Notes: generated from the sequence alone by a model not told the origin. Positions 54,209 to 63,804 are shown, counted from the stretch's first letter. The stretch: 64,000 nucleotides of DNA from Thermoplasmata archaeon (GCA_030038095.1 JASHPK010000060.1:24799-88798); one strand, 5' to 3'. Numbers and translations: made by a program.

Positions 54209-55138
54209 ATGTCCGGCGAGGCACTGAGGAGCGTCAACCTCCGCAAGGTCTACACCTCTCGCGGGGCGCCCCGCGTCGAGGCGCTCGCCGGCGTCTCGAT
54301 GGAGGTGCGGCCGGGCGAGCGGGTGGCGCTGCTCGGCCGGAACGGGGCCGGCAAGACCACGTTCCTCAAGATCGCCTCGACCCTCCTGCGCCCGACCTCG
54401 GGATCGATCGAGGTGTTCGGCGTCGACGTGGACGCGACCCCGGAGCGGGCCCGGCCGTACATCGCGGTGGTGCCCCAGGAAGGCAAACCGTTCTTCCACC
54501 TCTCGCCGCGCGAGCAGGTGTACACGTACCTTCGGGCCCGCGGGCTCTCGAGGGAGACCGCGAAGGCCCGCACCGAGGAAGCGATCGAGCGGATGGGGCT
54601 CCGCGAGGTCGCCGACCGGCTTTCCATCACGCTCTCGGGTGGACAGCGACAACGGACGATGGTGGCGACCGTGATCGCCACCGAGGCGCCGCTCCTCTTC
54701 CTCGACGAGCCGACGATCGGCATGGACCCCTTCGCCCGGCGCGACGTCTGGGCGTCGCTGCGGGCCCTCACACAGAAGGGTTCGACGATCCTGCTCACCA
54801 CGCACTACCTCGATGAGGCGGATGCGCTCAGCCACCGCCTCTACATCGTCGAGCGGGGTCAGGTCCTCGTGAGTGGCACCGCGGAGGACCTCAAGCGATC
54901 GGTCGGGGGGACCCTCAAGGTCTCGATGCCGAACGGCGCCCTCCAGATCGACGCGTTCCGCTCCTTCGGTTCCTGCGTGGCCGACGGGAGCCACTTGAGC
55001 GTCATCGTGGCCCCCGAGCGCCTGGCCGAGCTCATGGACCTCGCGATCCGCCGCCATCTCACGGCGACGGTAGGCCCCGTGACGCTCGAGGAAGCGTTCC
55101 TGCGCGTCGTGGGCAGGTCGATCGATGAGGACACCTAG
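54209..55138 (+). CDS. ABC-2 exporter ATPase
   Basis: GRNGAGKTT, LSGGQRQR, FLDEPT.GMD, TTHYLDEA, TLEEAF. Confidence 0.92.
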   Translation: MSGEALRSVNLRKVYTSRGAPRVEALAGVSMEVRPGERVALLGRNGAGKTTFLKIASTLLRPTSGSIEVFGVDVDATPERARPYIAVVPQEGKPFFHLSPREQVYTYLRARGLSRETAKARTEEAIERMGLREVADRLSITLSGGQRQRTMVATVIATEAPLLFLDEPTIGMDPFARRDVWASLRALTQKGSTILLTTHYLDEADALSHRLYIVERGQVLVSGTAEDLKRSVGGTLKVSMPNGALQIDAFRSFGSCVADGSHLSVIVAPERLAELMDLAIRRHLTATVGPVTLEEAFLRVVGRSIDEDT

Positions 55139-55889
55139 CGTTCCGACCGGGGCCCGGTCCTTCCAGGGGCTCGCGGCGTTCTTCTGGACCGAGGCGCTCG
55201 TCCAGCTCCACGAGGAGCTCGCGATGGCGACCTCGATGGTCGTCCAGGTCGTCCTCCTCGTCTTCGTCTGGATCCTGAACCCCGCGCTGATCGGAGTCGC
55301 GCTGATCGGCTCGGTCGTCTTCTCGGCGTTCGCGCTCGGCCAGCGGGTCCTCAACGAGGCCGCGTACGTGCGGATCGACCACAAGGCGACCGACCTCTAC
55401 CTCGCGGGGCCGCTCTCGCCGGAGGGCTACTTCCTCGGGATGGCCGGCGGGATCCTCCTGATCTACATCACCCCGGTCGCCATCCTCGGCGCCCTCGCGG
55501 TGGTCGTCGCCCACCTTTCCCTCGCCACCGGCCTCCTGCTCCTCGGACTTTCGGGCCTCGTCTGGATGTTCGCCGCTTCGATCGGCTACGTCTTCTCGAC
55601 GTTCTTCCGCGACAACCGGGCGATCTGGGCGTACTCGAGCCTCTTCTTCAACGTCTTCGGCGTGCTGCCGCCGGTCTTCTACCCGCTCGGCCTCTTCCCC
55701 CAGGCGCTCCACCCGATCGTGCTGCTGATGCCGCCGAGCGCGGCCGCGGCGATCCTCCAGTCCGCGATCGGCGTCACCCACCTCGCCCCGGGCGAGTTCT
55801 CGCTCGCCCTCCTCGGGCTCGTCACGGAGACCGTGTGCGTCCTCGCCCTGGCGATCTACTGGGCCCGCCGCACCGTGAGGTCGAAGTAG
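55125..55889 (+). CDS. ABC-2 exporter permease
   Basis: 6 TM segments, PPVFYP...P motif. Confidence 0.85.
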   Translation: MRTPSVPTGARSFQGLAAFFWTEALVQLHEELAMATSMVVQVVLLVFVWILNPALIGVALIGSVVFSAFALGQRVLNEAAYVRIDHKATDLYLAGPLSPEGYFLGMAGGILLIYITPVAILGALAVVVAHLSLATGLLLLGLSGLVWMFAASIGYVFSTFFRDNRAIWAYSSLFFNVFGVLPPVFYPLGLFPQALHPIVLLMPPSAAAAILQSAIGVTHLAPGEFSLALLGLVTETVCVLALAIYWARRTVRSK

Positions 55890-56672
55890 ATGGCGACCGT
55901 CGAGCGGAGGTTCCCCGGCCAACCGACCGAGGGGCGGGCCCTGCCGGCCTTCCTCTGGGTCGGCTGGCGGTGGATCAGCCGGAACCCGGCGGTCGCGATC
56001 ACGCCGATCCTGCTCCCGTTCATCTTCCTGTACTTCCTCTCGCTGATCTCGCCGCCGCGGCTCCTCCCGCTCGAGGTGCTGGGCGCGATGCTGTTCACGG
56101 TCCAGAACATCGGCAGCTGGGTCCTCGGCGACAGCGCGATGTGGAGGATCGAGTGCTCGCTCGAGGACCTGTTCGTCGCGAGTCCGCTCTCGCGCATCCG
56201 CTACCTGTTCGGGGTCGCCTTCTCGAACCTCATCGCGATGCTCCCGGCGCTCGGGATCCTGGCCGGGCTCCTCGCCTGGGCCGGAAGCCACCACGGAACC
56301 CCGCTCACGTGGGTCGGCGGGGTCGTGCTGCTCCTCTCCCTCACCCTCCTGTGGATCCTCTTCTCGGCGATCGGGATCGCGATCTCGAGCCGGGTCCGCA
56401 CCCAGCGGGAGATCTACCCGATCGGGAACCTCACCTTCACGATCCTCGGGATGCTCACGCCGCTCTACTACCCGATCACCGCGCTCCCCGCGGCGTGGCA
56501 GGTGGCGGCCCACTTCCTGCCGGCGACCTACGCGGCCCTCCTGGTCCAGGGCGTGCTCGGCATCACCCCCGCGTCCCCGGCGAACCTCGCCCTCGACGCG
56601 GGCCTGCTCCTCGCCTGCACCGCGGTGGGCCTCGTCCTTTCCCTGCGCCTCTACCGATGGGGCGAGCGGTGA
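55890..56672 (+). CDS. ABC-2 exporter permease
   Basis: 6 TM segments, ASPLSR..Y..G, PLYYPITALP...LPATY. Confidence 0.85.
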   Translation: MATVERRFPGQPTEGRALPAFLWVGWRWISRNPAVAITPILLPFIFLYFLSLISPPRLLPLEVLGAMLFTVQNIGSWVLGDSAMWRIECSLEDLFVASPLSRIRYLFGVAFSNLIAMLPALGILAGLLAWAGSHHGTPLTWVGGVVLLLSLTLLWILFSAIGIAISSRVRTQREIYPIGNLTFTILGMLTPLYYPITALPAAWQVAAHFLPATYAALLVQGVLGITPASPANLALDAGLLLACTAVGLVLSLRLYRWGER

Positions 56673-56728
56673 ACGAAGGGCCGCGGAAGGACGAAACGTT
56701 CAAACGGGGTCGCGGTGTGTACCGCTTG

Positions 56729-56833
56729 GTGCGCTCCGTCGACCGATCGGCATCGTCCGCCCCCGAGGGCCGGGTCCCGGGCCGCCCCTTCTCCTACGTT
56801 CCGCTCTGGCGTTCCCGAGGGCCGCCGGAGTAG
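56729..56833 (+). CDS. Candidate leader peptide (uORF, 34 aa, ends RGPPE)
   Basis: GTG 30 nt after TTCAAA; stop 14 nt before the aIF1 ATG; coding status unproven. Confidence 0.35.
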   Translation: MRSVDRSASSAPEGRVPGRPFSYVPLWRSRGPPE

Positions 56834-56847
56834 AGAGAGTTCCAACA

Positions 56848-57162
56848 ATGGGTAACGACGAGTTCGACGAGATCCTATCCGCGCTCGATCGAGAGACCGC
56901 CCGAATCCGCGTGCGCGCCGAGCCCCGACGCTACAACAAGCCGGCGACGGTGATCTCGGGGTTCCCGCCCGGGGTCGACCTGGCCGAGACGACCCGGTCG
57001 CTCAAGAACCGGCTCGCCACGGGAGGCTCGGTGGTGGACGGGGAGGTCTACCTCCAGGGCGATCACCGGGGGCGCATCCGCGAGGAGCTCGCGCGGCTCG
57101 GCTTCGACCCCGAGACGATCGAGGTGTCGGACGCGGCCCTGCCGAAGCGGGGCCGGCACTGA
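56848..57162 (+). CDS. Translation initiation factor aIF1 (SUI1 family), no N-terminal Zn knuckle
   Basis: RRYNKPATVISG, LKNRLATGGS, LQGDHR, LARLGF. Confidence 0.92.
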   Translation: MGNDEFDEILSALDRETARIRVRAEPRRYNKPATVISGFPPGVDLAETTRSLKNRLATGGSVVDGEVYLQGDHRGRIREELARLGFDPETIEVSDAALPKRGRH

Positions 57163-57288
57163 GGAACCGGCGCCGGAACTGCCTCGAAGCTCGGCCCGCC
57201 CCGGCCAAATCCGCTTGCGACGGCTTAGATTGCGCGCGCCGTCTAGGGTATATCCCCCGGCCGAGAGGGTCCGACCACGGTGTTGCCC

Positions 57289-58146
57289 ATGGCGAACTAC
57301 GCGCACCCCGAAGTCCTCGTGGAGACCGACTGGCTGGCGTCCCACCTCACTGACCCGAAAGTGAGGGTCGCCGAGGTTGACTACGACCCGGCGGCGAACT
57401 ACGATCTCGGCCACGTGCCCGGATCGGTCCTCTTCGACTGGAGGAAGGACATCAACGACCCGGTCCGCCGGGACATCCTCTCGTCCGAGGCCGCGGTCGA
57501 CCTCCTGCGCCATGCCGGGGTCGATGACGACACCGTCCTCGTCCTCTACGGGGACTTCAACAACTGGTTCGCCGCCTTCGCCTTCTGGGTCTTCACCTAC
57601 TACGGGGCGAAGCACGTGCGGATCCTGAACGGGGGCCGCAAGAAGTGGATCGCCGAGGACCGACCGCTCACGAAGGACGCCCCGAAGCCGCCCGCGGGCC
57701 ACTTCAAGGGTCACCCGGGCGACCCGAAGCTCCGCGCCTATCTCGACGATGTCCGGACGGCCCTGCCCGAGGTCAAGGCGGGCAAGCTGTTCCTCGTCGA
57801 CGTCCGCGGACCGAAGGAGTTCTCGGGCGAGATCACGGCGCCTCCCGAGTACCCGACCGAGCATGCGCAGCGCGGGGGCCACATCCCGGGCGCGAAGAAC
57901 ATCCCGTGGGCGCAGGCCGTGAAGGACGACGGGACGTTCAAGTCCCGCGAGGAGCTCGACCAGCTCTACCATTCGAAGGGGGTCGTCGCCTCGTCCCCGG
58001 TCATCACGTACTGCCGGATCGGCGAGCGATCGAGCCACACCTGGTTCGTGCTGAAGTACCTGCTCGGCTACCCGGACGTCCGCAACTACGACGGCTCCTG
58101 GACCGAGTGGGGCAACCTCGTCCGGACCCCGATCGAGAAGCCGTAG
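57289..58146 (+). CDS. Two-domain thiosulfate sulfurtransferase (rhodanese)
   Basis: YAHPEVLV.TDWL, GHVPG, LNGGR, GHIPGA, active site YCRIGERSS, NYDGSWTEWG. Confidence 0.93.
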   Translation: MANYAHPEVLVETDWLASHLTDPKVRVAEVDYDPAANYDLGHVPGSVLFDWRKDINDPVRRDILSSEAAVDLLRHAGVDDDTVLVLYGDFNNWFAAFAFWVFTYYGAKHVRILNGGRKKWIAEDRPLTKDAPKPPAGHFKGHPGDPKLRAYLDDVRTALPEVKAGKLFLVDVRGPKEFSGEITAPPEYPTEHAQRGGHIPGAKNIPWAQAVKDDGTFKSREELDQLYHSKGVVASSPVITYCRIGERSSHTWFVLKYLLGYPDVRNYDGSWTEWGNLVRTPIEKP

Positions 58147-58169
58147 GCCCGCGCGGGTCGGTCGGACCG

Positions 58170-58868
58170 CTAGGCCCCCGCGCGCCGTCGCGGCCGGGGG
58201 TCGGCCTCCTTCCGCACGAGGAACTGGTGGAGGTTCGCCTCCGTGCGGTGCGCGAGCAGCGCGTGGCCTGTCTGGTCCGACCAGCGGATCATCTCGATTG
58301 GGCTCGTGGGGTCGTCCGTGACGAGGAGGACCGCAGAGCCCGGGGGCCGCGTCGCGAGCTCCTCGTTGAGCTTCGTGAGGACGGCGGAGCACTCGAGCCC
58401 GATCTCGTAGAGCTCGACGTCGGGCGTCGCCGGCCAGCAGCGGATCCGCTGCGACCGGATCCGCTCCTCGAGGCGGCCCACGACCGCGCGGGCCGACTCG
58501 AGGTGGCGCTCCGGGTCCTCGGGACGCTCCGGTCTCACCCGGACCACCCACCCCTCGGCGTACGGGGCGTCGTTGAGCAGCCGCGGCCGTCGGACGATCG
58601 ACTCGTTGCGCTCGAGCAGGACGGCGTCGATGGGCACCCGGACCGCGCCCGTGAACCGGACGCTCTCGATCGTCGCAACGCTGCGTCCGCGGCCGATCGC
58701 GCCGTCGATGGGGCGGAACGTCACCGTATGGAACGGACCCGCGAACGCCGAGAGGGCGGCGATCAGCCCCACCCGGGCGCTCCCTCCCCCCGGGTCCGAA
58801 GCCCACCAGACGTCGTGCTCCAGGTCGTAGAGGCGGTCCTCCGGAAGCGGGCAGCCGACGATGTCCAT
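58170..58868 (-). CDS. GcvH/LbpA-like domain (lipoyl Lys replaced by Arg) fused to a TusA-like sulfur-carrier domain
   Basis: GCPLPEDRLY, H.W, RVG, IESVR, N..PY.EGW; then GLECS, VTDDP, W...TGH, FLVRK. Confidence 0.85.
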   Translation of the reverse strand: MDIVGCPLPEDRLYDLEHDVWWASDPGGGSARVGLIAALSAFAGPFHTVTFRPIDGAIGRGRSVATIESVRFTGAVRVPIDAVLLERNESIVRRPRLLNDAPYAEGWVVRVRPERPEDPERHLESARAVVGRLEERIRSQRIRCWPATPDVELYEIGLECSAVLTKLNEELATRPPGSAVLLVTDDPTSPIEMIRWSDQTGHALLAHRTEANLHQFLVRKEADPRPRRRAGA

Positions 58869-58949
58869 CGACCAAACTTGAGGCTCCCGGGGAGATAGCC
58901 GCTTTGCCGTGAGGCAATCCTTTTCCCCCCGGTCCGCTCGTTCCTCTCC

Positions 58950-59144
58950 GTGGCCCACAAGGATGAGCCCGAGCTACCGACCGCGACCCACCCCCGGGTG
59001 CGGTGCCGCTGCGGCCACTTCCCGACGCATCACATGGTGGTCGTGCCGCTCGGGACCACCGCGAGCTTCCGCCTCGAGTCTTCTGGGCCGTGCGCGATCT
59101 GCGGGGAAAGCACGTGCCGCCGCTACGCACCGGGCGGGTCGTGA
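58950..59144 (+). CDS. Small Cys/His zinc-finger-like protein
   Basis: CRCGH...HH ... CAIC....C in 64 aa; divergent from the LbpA-TusA gene. Confidence 0.7.
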   Translation: MAHKDEPELPTATHPRVRCRCGHFPTHHMVVVPLGTTASFRLESSGPCAICGESTCRRYAPGGS

Positions 59145-59158
59145 TCGGTCGGCGGTCG

Positions 59159-59617
59159 TCACCCGTACGCGGTCTTGATCAAGTAGTCCTTGAATCGCTG
59201 CAGGTGCTCGTCCCAGAAGTGGAAGTGCCAGGAGCGGGCCTCCTCCCACGGTTCCCCGCTCCCCCAACCGGCGTGCTCGAGCGTGACGTCGACGCCCTCG
59301 GGCGACTCCTGGAGACGCAGGTAGACGTTGGTCCTCGGGGTGGGGGCGTTCATGATCGCGGCGAATTCCGGAGGTCCGAACCAGGAGAACCCGAGGTCCA
59401 CGTCCGTCGTGAGCTTGAGGATCCTCCCAGCGCTCTCGAAGGGCGTCGGGCTCCCGAACCTGAGGTAGAACTCGCCCCCCAGCGCGGGGGCGACCCGGGC
59501 TTCCTCGGCGAGCCAGGCGCCGATCTGCGCCGGCTCGACCATCGCCTTGTAGATCATCGGCACCGGGAGCGGAACGGTCACCTGGATGAGGATGGGATCG
59601 AGCTCCTCCTCGGTCAC
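59159..59617 (-). CDS. SRPBCC/AHSA1 domain protein
   Basis: P...IYKA..EP...AW, GGEF, FSW, T.V...L, TLEH.GW, W...L..FK.Y. Confidence 0.85.
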   Translation of the reverse strand: MTEEELDPILIQVTVPLPVPMIYKAMVEPAQIGAWLAEEARVAPALGGEFYLRFGSPTPFESAGRILKLTTDVDLGFSWFGPPEFAAIMNAPTPRTNVYLRLQESPEGVDVTLEHAGWGSGEPWEEARSWHFHFWDEHLQRFKDYLIKTAYG

Positions 59618-59766
59618 GCCGACCGCTCCTCTTCCGGAGCGTAAAGGTTTTTCCCGCAGATCGGGGAACCGGCGGCCCGAGCGCCGTCTCACTCTCCTCG
59701 AGCGTTCGCCCGTCGTCCCCCCCATCCCAATGTTTAAAGCTCAGGGCATCGAGAAACTCGTCACCC

Positions 59767-62700
59767 ATGAATGCTGCGCGATGGACGATAGGGCTCGCCG
59801 TGCTCCTCACCGTGATCGTGGTGCTCTCGACGCTCGGCCTCACCGCGGCGAGTTCTTCGTCCCGCGTAGCGACCTCATCGCCGGCCTCCGAGACCCCAGC
59901 GAAGACTGCGAGCGTCCCGCCGTCGGCGATCCAGCCCGTCCTCCCGAGCCCCAACGCCCGGCCGAGCGCGAAGGCGCCCCCGACGGTTTTGACCAACCCG
60001 ACCGCGGTCCCGACCCCCTCGGACCGGATGAGCGCGGCGCTCGCCGAGCTCCACACGCTCCATGTCCCGCTCAAGTACGCGTTCCTGCCGAACCTGAACG
60101 CTAACCCCGACCCGACCCTCCACGACGGGATCATCAACTTCGGGTACTCCTCGGCCCCGGCTCCGCTCGGCGTGGCGGAGTACGGCCTACGGAACATCTC
60201 GGGAACGATCACCCCCTACACGCTCTCGACCTCGAGCGTCGAGGGTACCTTCGCGCCGGGCCTGTTCTCCGGGCTCTCGATGGATATCTCGGGACCGGAT
60301 GAGTACGGCGTGCAGCTCAACTCGGTCCTGAACAACGTGACGCTGTTCGGATCGACCGGTTACCAGTTCTGGACCCAGAACGTCATCGAGTACTCGACCT
60401 ACAGCCACCAGATCTTCTTCGTCAGCAACATCTGGAACTTCTCCTCCAGCCTCACCCCCCTCGACACGGTCACGCCCAACATCTTCTACCAGATCGGACC
60501 GAACGCGACGGTCGCGTCGCCCGAGTACTACTACGGTCTCGGAGGTCCGATCACGATCTCGTACCCGTTCACGCTCAACCTCTTCCTCAACTCGACGCTG
60601 ATCGATGGGCGTGACGCGGTCTTCTTCAATTTCACCCTCTCGAACTCGACCGTCTTCTACGCCGGATCGTACGACCACGCGATCTTCAACTCGACGGTCA
60701 CGGGAGGACCGGTGACGCCGGTCCCGGCGTACGTCGCGAGCGGGAACACCTACACCCACCTGGGGCTCCCCGGCGACTTCGAGATGGTCACCGGCGGGCC
60801 GGGGGGCGGGAGCAACTTCGACATCCTGAGCGCGGACGCCTACTTCGGTCTCCAGTACTGGGACAGCACCACCGGCTCCTACCAGGTCGTCCCCTCAGCG
60901 TACGGGTTCGGCTCGGAGACCGGCGAAACGGCGGTCGGCGGCTACGACCTCTTCGGGACGGGTTACACGGGATTGGGGGGGAGCCCGAACGTCTTCATGG
61001 CGGCCGGGCCCGCGGTGCTCCAGGGCCTCTGGAACGTCTCTTCCGCGGCCCCGCCGGTCGGCGTCTACGGCGGATCGATCGAGATCAACCTGAACCCGAC
61101 CAACGCGTTCCTCTTTGTCGCACCGGGTTCGGTCTTCAACGGCTGGACCGACACGAATTGGGCCCTCTTTGAGTGGGCCCCGTCGCCCGACCTCTACCTG
61201 GATGCCGGAACGTACACGATCATCGCGATCCTGGCGAACTACGACCCCGTGGAGACGACCGCGACGGTCGCAACGTCCGGACTGGTCGCCCTCACCCTAA
61301 CGCTCACCGCCGACCTCGCCCAGGGCGTCTATACCCCCCTCTGGGCGGTGAACAACCCGGAGGTTGCCAACATCTCGACCTATGCGGGCGGCACCTACTT
61401 CCTCGCCAACGATCAGTACGGCCCCATCGGCTATGCGCCGGCGACCGGCACGAACTTCCCGTGGTTCGGCCAGGCCAACGACTACCTATTCCCCGTGTAC
61501 CCGGGGATCCTCCTGTGGAACACCTCGGTGACGGTGGACGTCAACGCCCCCTCGAGCTTCGAGGCGAGCTATCCGGCGTCGATCCTCGCGGAGCTCGAGA
61601 ACGCGGGCTTCCCGACCACCAACGACCTCCAGATGCTCTTCTACGACGTCAGCTCCGTGACCCTGAGCAACGGGGCCCAGATCGGAGGCTGGTGGTACTC
61701 GGGCGCCTACTTCGGCCCCTCGGTCTCCGCCTATAACGTCGTCTTCTGGAACGCGACCGGCTGCCGGGTCTTCGGCAACACGTTCGCGACCGGAGGCAAC
61801 GCGCTCTACCTCTACGGCGGCACCGAGAACCTGATCTACAACAACACGTTCGAGTCGAGCCTCCCGGTCTCCGCGAACTCGTTCGCCTCGGTCGCGGGCA
61901 CGTACGGCTCGATGGGCCTGTTCGAGGCCGACTACGGGAACGCGACGGCCGTCGCGACCCAGATCGGGATCGCGAACCTGACCTACCCCTGCTTCAACCG
62001 CCTGTACTCCGGCTACTGTGACGTCATCTTCAACAACCTGTTCCTGACGCCGTACACCGCGGACTCCCCGGAGTTCGATCCGTACTACTTCTACCTCGCC
62101 TACCCGACGTGCCCCGCCTACCTCGGCCTCGGCCCGACGCACTGCCTCTTCGACGACTCCTGGAACATCGTTCCGGGGACCTCCGTTTACGGCGAGGTCT
62201 GGTCGACCAACATCCTCGGCGGGCCGAATCTCGGTGGCAACTTCTGGTGGAACTACGGCAGCTCGGACGACCCGTACAACCAGATCCCGTACGTCGCCTT
62301 CGACTTCGGCGCGGCCGGGATCACCGGGATCTCCTTCGGGGGGGACTATCTCCCGCTCTCCCTGGTCCCGCTCTACCAGGTCTCGTTCGTGGAGACGGGG
62401 CTTCCGGCCGGGACCGAGTGGTACGTCGGAACGCTGCTCACGAACGGCGCGTTCGAGACGGGATACACCGACACCGACACGTCGAGCCTCACCCTCCCCG
62501 CGGGGTACTACACCGACTACCCGGTGGCGATCAGCCCGTACTGGGCGAGCGTCAGCGGCTCCTTCTCGCTCACGGGCAACGAGCTCGTGATCGACGTGAC
62601 CTTCTCGAGCGCCTACGTGATTGCGTTCGAGGAGACTGGACTTCCGATGGACACCGAGTGGACGGTCTACCTCTACAACTCGGCCTTCCAGTACGTGGGG

Positions 62701-63804
62701 TCCGGCGGGACGAGCGGGGCCACGGTCAATGAGACCGGTCTGTTGCCCGGGGAGTACTACTGGGAGGCGTACACCAACAGCGCGGCGTTCGTCGCGAACC
62801 CCGAGGTCGGCGAGGTGACCGTCAGCGGAAACACGACCGTGACGATCACCTACGCCCCGCTCCGCTTCGTCACGGTGAACGCCCTCGGACTGCCGGCGAA
62901 CACGGACTGGACGCTGATCATCTCGAACGCCACGTACGCCGACTCGTTCACCACCGCGGGTTCGACCCTCACCCTTTACGGACCGGGCGACCTCGGAACG
63001 TACAACTGGTCGGCCGTGTCGGCCGGGTACGTCACGACCCCGGGCTCGGGGACGTTCTCGCTCGCCGTGAACTCGACGATCAACGTGACGTTCGCGGCCC
63101 ACGCCTCGATCACCTTCACGGAGACCGGCCTCGCGAGCGGCGCGGGCTGGACCGTGGCGTTCACGCAGGACGATGTCACGAGGAACATCACGGGGACCGG
63201 GGCGTCGATCGTGATCCCCGCCGGGGCCGGACCGTACTCCTACACGGTGAGCGCTCCGGGCTACACGACGAGCGGCTCCTACGGCTCGGGCACCCTGCCC
63301 CAGAGCGCGCCCGTACAGGTGGTCTTCAGCGCCATCGCCCCAGCGAGCGGGACCCTCTCCGTCACGGTCGTGACGGGCGGAGCGGTCCTGACCGTGAACG
63401 GGGTGGTAGAGACCACCCCGTTCAGTCAGCCGGTGGCGCCCGGGGTCTACGCGATCGTGGTGTCGGAGTCGGGCTACGTGACGTACTACAACAACGTCAC
63501 GGTGAATAGCGGCGCGACCTCGAGCGTGACGGTGAAATTGACGCCCGCTAGCTCCTCGTCGAGCAGCAGCGGGATCAGCTCGGAGGCGTGGGTCCTCATC
63601 GGGGGGTTGGCGGCGCTCGCGCTCGTGCTCCTCGGGACGACGCTCCTCGCGATGCGGCGCGGAAAGTCGCCGCCGCCTCCGAGGACCGCGTACTCCCCGC
63701 CCGCGGGGGCCGGGATGAGCGGAGGGCCCGCGGGGACGCCACCGGCCGCGACGCCTCCCTGGAGCGAGGGCCAGACCCCGCCGCCAGCCTCGGGACCGAA
63801 GTAG
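59767..63804 (+). CDS. Large thermopsin-family (A5) acid protease-like surface protein with beta-helix, Ig-like repeats, PEGA domain and C-terminal TM
   Basis: PAPLGVAEYG, QLNSVL, FWTQNV, NIWNFSS, GGPGGG, SAYGFGSETGE; GGNFWWNY; repeated F.ETGLP.GT.W; TM plus Pro-rich tail; TTTAAAG at 59733. Confidence 0.9.
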   Translation: MNAARWTIGLAVLLTVIVVLSTLGLTAASSSSRVATSSPASETPAKTASVPPSAIQPVLPSPNARPSAKAPPTVLTNPTAVPTPSDRMSAALAELHTLHVPLKYAFLPNLNANPDPTLHDGIINFGYSSAPAPLGVAEYGLRNISGTITPYTLSTSSVEGTFAPGLFSGLSMDISGPDEYGVQLNSVLNNVTLFGSTGYQFWTQNVIEYSTYSHQIFFVSNIWNFSSSLTPLDTVTPNIFYQIGPNATVASPEYYYGLGGPITISYPFTLNLFLNSTLIDGRDAVFFNFTLSNSTVFYAGSYDHAIFNSTVTGGPVTPVPAYVASGNTYTHLGLPGDFEMVTGGPGGGSNFDILSADAYFGLQYWDSTTGSYQVVPSAYGFGSETGETAVGGYDLFGTGYTGLGGSPNVFMAAGPAVLQGLWNVSSAAPPVGVYGGSIEINLNPTNAFLFVAPGSVFNGWTDTNWALFEWAPSPDLYLDAGTYTIIAILANYDPVETTATVATSGLVALTLTLTADLAQGVYTPLWAVNNPEVANISTYAGGTYFLANDQYGPIGYAPATGTNFPWFGQANDYLFPVYPGILLWNTSVTVDVNAPSSFEASYPASILAELENAGFPTTNDLQMLFYDVSSVTLSNGAQIGGWWYSGAYFGPSVSAYNVVFWNATGCRVFGNTFATGGNALYLYGGTENLIYNNTFESSLPVSANSFASVAGTYGSMGLFEADYGNATAVATQIGIANLTYPCFNRLYSGYCDVIFNNLFLTPYTADSPEFDPYYFYLAYPTCPAYLGLGPTHCLFDDSWNIVPGTSVYGEVWSTNILGGPNLGGNFWWNYGSSDDPYNQIPYVAFDFGAAGITGISFGGDYLPLSLVPLYQVSFVETGLPAGTEWYVGTLLTNGAFETGYTDTDTSSLTLPAGYYTDYPVAISPYWASVSGSFSLTGNELVIDVTFSSAYVIAFEETGLPMDTEWTVYLYNSAFQYVGSGGTSGATVNETGLLPGEYYWEAYTNSAAFVANPEVGEVTVSGNTTVTITYAPLRFVTVNALGLPANTDWTLIISNATYADSFTTAGSTLTLYGPGDLGTYNWSAVSAGYVTTPGSGTFSLAVNSTINVTFAAHASITFTETGLASGAGWTVAFTQDDVTRNITGTGASIVIPAGAGPYSYTVSAPGYTTSGSYGSGTLPQSAPVQVVFSAIAPASGTLSVTVVTGGAVLTVNGVVETTPFSQPVAPGVYAIVVSESGYVTYYNNVTVNSGATSSVTVKLTPASSSSSSSGISSEAWVLIGGLAALALVLLGTTLLAMRRGKSPPPPRTAYSPPAGAGMSGGPAGTPPAATPPWSEGQTPPPASGPK

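Noticed and set aside
62380-63200. Repeated TTCGxGGAGACxGGx motifs
   Set aside because: They encode the F-x-E-T-G-L Ig-like domain repeats typical of Thermoplasmata surface proteins, not a DNA repeat element
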